Source: Bdellovibrionota bacterium FG-1 (GTDB taxonomy: Bacteria > Bdellovibrionota > UBA1018). Taken from it: a stretch of 64,000 nucleotides of DNA. The notes below the pieces were generated by a model, which saw only the letters and a list, made by a program, of their open reading frames with translations, ran no database searches and was not told the origin of the DNA. The position numbers and the translations under genes were made by a program. This document shows positions 60,111 through 64,000 of this stretch, piece by piece. Each line of letters begins with the position of its first letter. Position 1 is the first letter of the stretch. The stretch is from NCBI GenBank assembly GCA_051382295.1, contig JBBCAW010000018.1, forward strand, positions 23,951 through 87,950, written 5' to 3'.

Positions 60111-61424
60111 ATGAAGCTTCTTTTACTCTCCTGTTCTTTTACCGAAGTTTTCGGCCTCATTTGCAGTTCCGTTGCGTTAGCGGCGCTGAGTCCAGTGGGA
60201 CCGACGCGTCCTCTCACCGGCGTGACTCAATATCCGGCCGAAATTCGCGTTCGCCTTGCTGAGGCCATGCCTAGTGTCCGTATCCGTGGCTTCGATCTAA
60301 AAATTTATGAAGTCCAACCTAGGAATGCCCCTTTGGCTAGCCGCCGCTTGGCCAGCGCGCCTGATCGGCAAAGCGATTGGGAGTTTCGCTGTCAAAAAGG
60401 CAACGTTCGCGGGACTTCCAAGGCCAAAATGCTCGATTTTCGCGATGGTGTGTCGATTGAGTCAGCCTCCGGTTTTGTGCACTTTCAGGGGCGCCCCTAT
60501 CGGCAGGAAATTCAGATTCATGCCATCGGATCCTCCTGCGAAGTCGTCAATCACGTCGAAATCGAAAAATACCTCGATGGTTTGGTGAACTCCGAGTTCA
60601 GTGCGCGTTGGAACGAGGAGTCCGTGGGCGCGCAGGTCATTGCAGCGCGAACTTATGCACTTCACCAAGCGTTGGTGGCACGTGCGGATCTTGAGCGGCA
60701 CTTTGACGTGGATGCCTCGACTCGGGATCAGGTTTATGATGGCTCGATCAAAGAGGATTTTCGCTCCTCTCGAAGTGTCAGGCGCACGCGGGGGCTGGTG
60801 CTGACGGTGGGAAGTGCCTCGCATCCTGAACCGCTCAAAGCGTTTTATCATTCGACTTGTGGGGGAGTGACTGAGCTTCCTGAGCATGTCTGGGGAAGAG
60901 GCTTTAAGGGGTTTCGGCATTCCGTTCGTTGCGGTTATTGTAATTCTTCGCCGGCCTTCAATTGGAAAGCCGAGATCGCGGGCTGGGAATTGGCGCAAGC
61001 TTTTCAAAAAGGGCTGTTTGGCGAAGGTCGCTCTCCGGCCTCGGCGCGCGTTTGGCCTAAAGGTTGGCGGCAGGCGATTCGGGGGGGGCATTTGATCGCG
61101 TTGCGCGCGGATGGCAAGGATTTGCAAGGACGGGTGGATCAGGTGACTTCGGTTTGGCAGACCCCGCAGGGGCCGCTTTCCCTGCCTTTACGGGGGGCGA
61201 GTTTGCGCGATTGGATCGGCCCGACGCGTTTGAAAAGTGCGACTTTTCAGGTGGTTTCGCAGGGCGCGGGTGATTTTGGGCGTTGGACTTTTCAGGGGCG
61301 TGGCAACGGCCATGGTGTGGGAATGTGCCAGTGGGGCGCAAAAACCATGGGTGAGCAGGGCTTCAAAACTGCGACGATCCTCAAACACTATTATCCCGAT
61401 GCGGTTTTGCGAAAGCTTTGGTAG
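60111..61424 (+). CDS. SpoIID/LytB-domain lytic transglycosylase
   Basis: EKYLDG...E, AQVIAARTYA, DQVY, FYHSTCGG.TE, GNGHGVGMCQWGA, ILKHYYP. Start is uncertain. Confidence 0.88.
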   Translation: MKLLLLSCSFTEVFGLICSSVALAALSPVGPTRPLTGVTQYPAEIRVRLAEAMPSVRIRGFDLKIYEVQPRNAPLASRRLASAPDRQSDWEFRCQKGNVRGTSKAKMLDFRDGVSIESASGFVHFQGRPYRQEIQIHAIGSSCEVVNHVEIEKYLDGLVNSEFSARWNEESVGAQVIAARTYALHQALVARADLERHFDVDASTRDQVYDGSIKEDFRSSRSVRRTRGLVLTVGSASHPEPLKAFYHSTCGGVTELPEHVWGRGFKGFRHSVRCGYCNSSPAFNWKAEIAGWELAQAFQKGLFGEGRSPASARVWPKGWRQAIRGGHLIALRADGKDLQGRVDQVTSVWQTPQGPLSLPLRGASLRDWIGPTRLKSATFQVVSQGAGDFGRWTFQGRGNGHGVGMCQWGAKTMGEQGFKTATILKHYYPDAVLRKLW

Positions 61425-61458
61425 AAGTCGCCTAAATCATCGAGGAGGTCAGGAGGTG

Positions 61459-62142
61459 ATGGTGACGTCGCTTGAGGAATTCTTTGGAAAGTTTTTTAAA
61501 TCAGAAGTGATGGCCAGCGGTTTGAAACTGTATGCGCAGGGCAAAGTTTCGGTGCCGGGGGCCTCTGACACCGCGATTCAGGGTTACGTGCGGACGTCGC
61601 CATTAGTAAGGGTCCATCTTTCAGCCGCTGAGATTGACAGCGAATCATTCGTGGCCGAATGCTCCTGTCCTTTGGCTAAGAAGAGTCAATTCTGTAAACA
61701 CGTCTGGGCCACGCTTGTGTGCGTGGAGAAGAAATACCCCGACTTCCTGAGCGCGAAACGAAACATCGAAAAACCTGACCCCGCCTCCGGCGTGAGGTCT
61801 GAAGCCGTGAATGCCCGGCAGGCCTCGGCGAAACTCAAGGCGGCGGAGTATCGAAAAGATCAATATCAGAAACAGAAATCGCGCGCAAAAGAGCGCAAAC
61901 GGGAGAGTCGGGGGGGCGAAAAGTCGGTCTCCGTTTCATCGTTTCCACCAGAAATTGAAAGAGCCTTGGTCTATTTCTCGGACAATGGATTTCCGATGCC
62001 GCTGGGTCCTGATAAAGCCATCGTCAACGAAGCTAAGAAAAAATTGTCGCGAGTCTTTCATCCTGATAAGGGCGGGAGCAATGAAGAGATTGTTGCCCTC
62101 AATCTTAATTGCGAAGTACTTCTGTTGTTTTTACAGGACTAA
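61459..62142 (+). CDS. SWIM zinc-finger protein with a C-terminal J-domain-like segment
   Basis: CSCP......CKHVWA (SWIM); KKLSRVFHPDKGG (HPD motif). AGGAGG SD upstream. Confidence 0.75.
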   Translation: MVTSLEEFFGKFFKSEVMASGLKLYAQGKVSVPGASDTAIQGYVRTSPLVRVHLSAAEIDSESFVAECSCPLAKKSQFCKHVWATLVCVEKKYPDFLSAKRNIEKPDPASGVRSEAVNARQASAKLKAAEYRKDQYQKQKSRAKERKRESRGGEKSVSVSSFPPEIERALVYFSDNGFPMPLGPDKAIVNEAKKKLSRVFHPDKGGSNEEIVALNLNCEVLLLFLQD

Positions 62143-62179
62143 CGGAGCGAATTTGCCAGCTCCAGAAAGTCGATTGAAA

Positions 62180-63841
62180 CTAAGGCGCCTGCGGGGTCGC
62201 CGCCTGGGCATAGAGGTCTTCGTACTGCACTCGTTTGAGCTTAGAAACACTGACTAAATAGGCAAATTCGGCGTTGACCGTGTCGAGGTCGGCTCGAAGT
62301 TCTTCTTGAAGGGCGTTGGTCAGATCTGTGAAGGAAATGAGTTGGCCAGTGCTCATGTCTTGCAACATGTGGTCGACGATGCTTTGTTGTAAATCCCTGG
62401 TTTTAAAGGCTAGGGATCGCAGCTGGATCGAATCCGTTAACTCGGTAGAGATGTTATCTACCTTTTGAAGAAGAATGGACTGGAGTTGCTGGCGTCGCAG
62501 GCCCATTTCTCGGATTTGGGATTGGCCGATGGCAATATAGGCGCCGAAGCCCAGCCCGATCGCTCCTGCATCTTCCCCGGTGGGATCCAGCCAATTGAAA
62601 AAACGTTCAGTGCGGCTTGTTTTGGCGTAACCGATGAGGGAGTCCATTTGTTTGAGTTCAAATGACTTTAAAAGCGCGACTTCCGAGATGAGCTTCGGAT
62701 CGATCGTGATCGGGTGTTCAATGGAGAGGTCCGTATCCACCACGATGGATTGAATCGCCTGCGGATTGAAAAATCCGGCGACTTGCGCGAGATCGGTGAA
62801 TTCTTCCTTAACTGTTTGCCCCAGTAAGAGAACCGCCTTATCCACCCCCAATAGAAGGGCATCGATCTTTTCCGTCGAGTGTTCCTTGATCAGGCCCAGT
62901 CTTTCCCTTTCCCAAATGATTTGCCGAATCGCCTGAATCCAATCGCGATTTTCGCCCATGCAAGCCAGGCTCTTGGTGTCGCGCGCAATCGTATAGGCGA
63001 GGCCCTCGGCGATATTGGCCGTGTCAGCCTTCATGAGGATCCAGGCCGCAGATTCGGCGGCAGACTTGAATCCGGCTTCTTTTGCGCGAAACCAACGAGT
63101 CGGGAGGAGGAACGGGGCCAAATCCCCGACAGACCGAATAATGGAGCTCCAACTGAATGAAACCAGGCCGAGTATCGTGTTGAGTGTAAAATGAGGAAGG
63201 AGGTTCAGGTGCGAGTTCAGCGCGGCCATGCGGGCCTGGACGACGTGCTCAAACTCGACCTGAGACGCGAAATTGCGATTCATGGCCTTGAGCATGAGTT
63301 CTGAGACTTTGTAGGGCGCCGGGGTTTCAAGGTGGGGCAGGACGGTAGGGTCGGCGCGATCCAGTAAAAATGAAATATCCGTGACTGCCCCCTCTGGGGC
63401 CCGTAAATCGAGATTGACCTCGCGGCCGTCAAAACAAACGCGCGTATGGGCATCCGCCCCGGTTTTGGCCGCGAGATTCACAAAACAGCTGTCGTTGGTC
63501 GAACGTAAAGGGGTGGGTGCCTGAGTTTGATGATTGAGCAGTGAGACTTGGCCGCGTGAGGTGACTTCAATCGTGTAACTCCAACGGCGTTTTCCATCGA
63601 GACTGTTTATACTGAGAAGCAGCGTGGATTGGGAAGAGGCCGTGGGGACTGCCAAGGTTCCGACTACGCGATCTTGCTCGGTTTTTCCGTTGGCCTTTTC
63701 CGTCACAAACCCCGAGTACTGCCCCGTGGCCGAGGCGAGATCGGAGACCCGGCAAGCTGAAAAAGTCAGGATGAGGGTCACCAAAACGGCGGTTAAACTC
63801 ATGGTGTGGAGGGTTCTGGTTAATCTGTCCAATTTGTTCAT
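62180..63841 (-). CDS. TolC-like outer-membrane efflux protein with an extra N-terminal beta domain; probable lipoprotein
   Basis: Lipobox-like FSAC; helical repeats (AMNRN...ARMAA....LNLLP; ALLKSFEL.Q; AEFAYLVS..KL.R) resembling OEP repeats. Confidence 0.55.
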   Translation of the reverse strand: MNKLDRLTRTLHTMSLTAVLVTLILTFSACRVSDLASATGQYSGFVTEKANGKTEQDRVVGTLAVPTASSQSTLLLSINSLDGKRRWSYTIEVTSRGQVSLLNHQTQAPTPLRSTNDSCFVNLAAKTGADAHTRVCFDGREVNLDLRAPEGAVTDISFLLDRADPTVLPHLETPAPYKVSELMLKAMNRNFASQVEFEHVVQARMAALNSHLNLLPHFTLNTILGLVSFSWSSIIRSVGDLAPFLLPTRWFRAKEAGFKSAAESAAWILMKADTANIAEGLAYTIARDTKSLACMGENRDWIQAIRQIIWERERLGLIKEHSTEKIDALLLGVDKAVLLLGQTVKEEFTDLAQVAGFFNPQAIQSIVVDTDLSIEHPITIDPKLISEVALLKSFELKQMDSLIGYAKTSRTERFFNWLDPTGEDAGAIGLGFGAYIAIGQSQIREMGLRRQQLQSILLQKVDNISTELTDSIQLRSLAFKTRDLQQSIVDHMLQDMSTGQLISFTDLTNALQEELRADLDTVNAEFAYLVSVSKLKRVQYEDLYAQAATPQAP

Positions 63842-63892
63842 TTGTGGTTGTGTAATACTTCAGAAAACCTACACTGCCAACTGAAAAGTAAC

Positions 63893-63923
63893 TCACAATA
63901 GTTACCAAAGATAACTATTGTGA
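63893..63923. promoter_or_regulatory. Perfect 12-bp inverted repeat TCACAATAGTTA-N7-TAACTATTGTGA, operator candidate
   Basis: Lies in the divergent intergenic gap between the TolC-like gene and the next gene. Confidence 0.65.
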
Positions 63924-63953
63924 TTGGCAATTAACCTGATAAAAGAGGGCCTC

Positions 63954-64000
63954 ATGGCACAAGTGAAGCTTGCTCAGCATTTTATCGAGGTCATTCCGCG
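63954..64000 (+). CDS. 5' end of a gene, possibly a MarR-family regulator (runs off the window)
   Basis: MAQVKLAQHFIEVIP... after a GAGGG SD. The MarR guess rests only on this short N-terminus and the adjacent operator. Confidence 0.35.
   Translation, partial: MAQVKLAQHFIEVIP

Overview
A gene-dense 64 kb stretch of bacterial chromosome. Gene content (GYF-PilZ protein, Cys-rich vWA lipoproteins, beta-barrel-type MlaD, HNH protein with a long helical N-terminus, CheX-CheY-HD-GYP) suggests a Bdellovibrionota/Oligoflexia-like predator; this is an inference. The backbone is housekeeping and metabolic: murF (partial, not in the ORF track), an MMPL transporter, mlaE/mlaD/mlaF, a puuD-like gene plus cytochrome c, hisS, dut, a hybrid kinase, a GH5 mannanase, cydAB, pgm, gap, scoAB, gcdH, ggt, pyrE, nadB, alr, dciA, lptE, holA, uvrB, uvrC, SPFH, an Fe3+ binding protein, SpoIID and a TolC-like gene. 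Two small accessory islets are present. The first (about 19.2-22.7 kb) holds a C-type-lectin-fold gene, an HNH gene, a toxin remnant plus HTH gene and an AAA-DUF4143 gene. The second (about 32.3-34.7 kb) holds another AAA-DUF4143 gene and a truncated kdp operon. Main observations: (1) a gcdH / fused E1 alpha-beta 2-oxoacid dehydrogenase / FabD-fold acyltransferase operon with no E2/E3, in which the acyltransferase lacks the malonate-binding Arg; (2) a secreted C-type-lectin-fold protein whose 3' end has the codon signature of a diversity-generating retroelement (DGR) variable region, with no RT or template repeat seen in the window; (3) many genes with a -10 box 5-8 nt before ATG, suggesting widespread leaderless mRNAs; (4) two AAA-DUF4143 ATPase/nuclease genes, each with its own palindromes over the promoter; (5) a trypanosomatid-glycosomal/spirochete-type GAPDH. 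No rRNA, tRNA, CRISPR array, integrase or transposase was recognised. All family assignments come from motif recognition by eye, not database searches.
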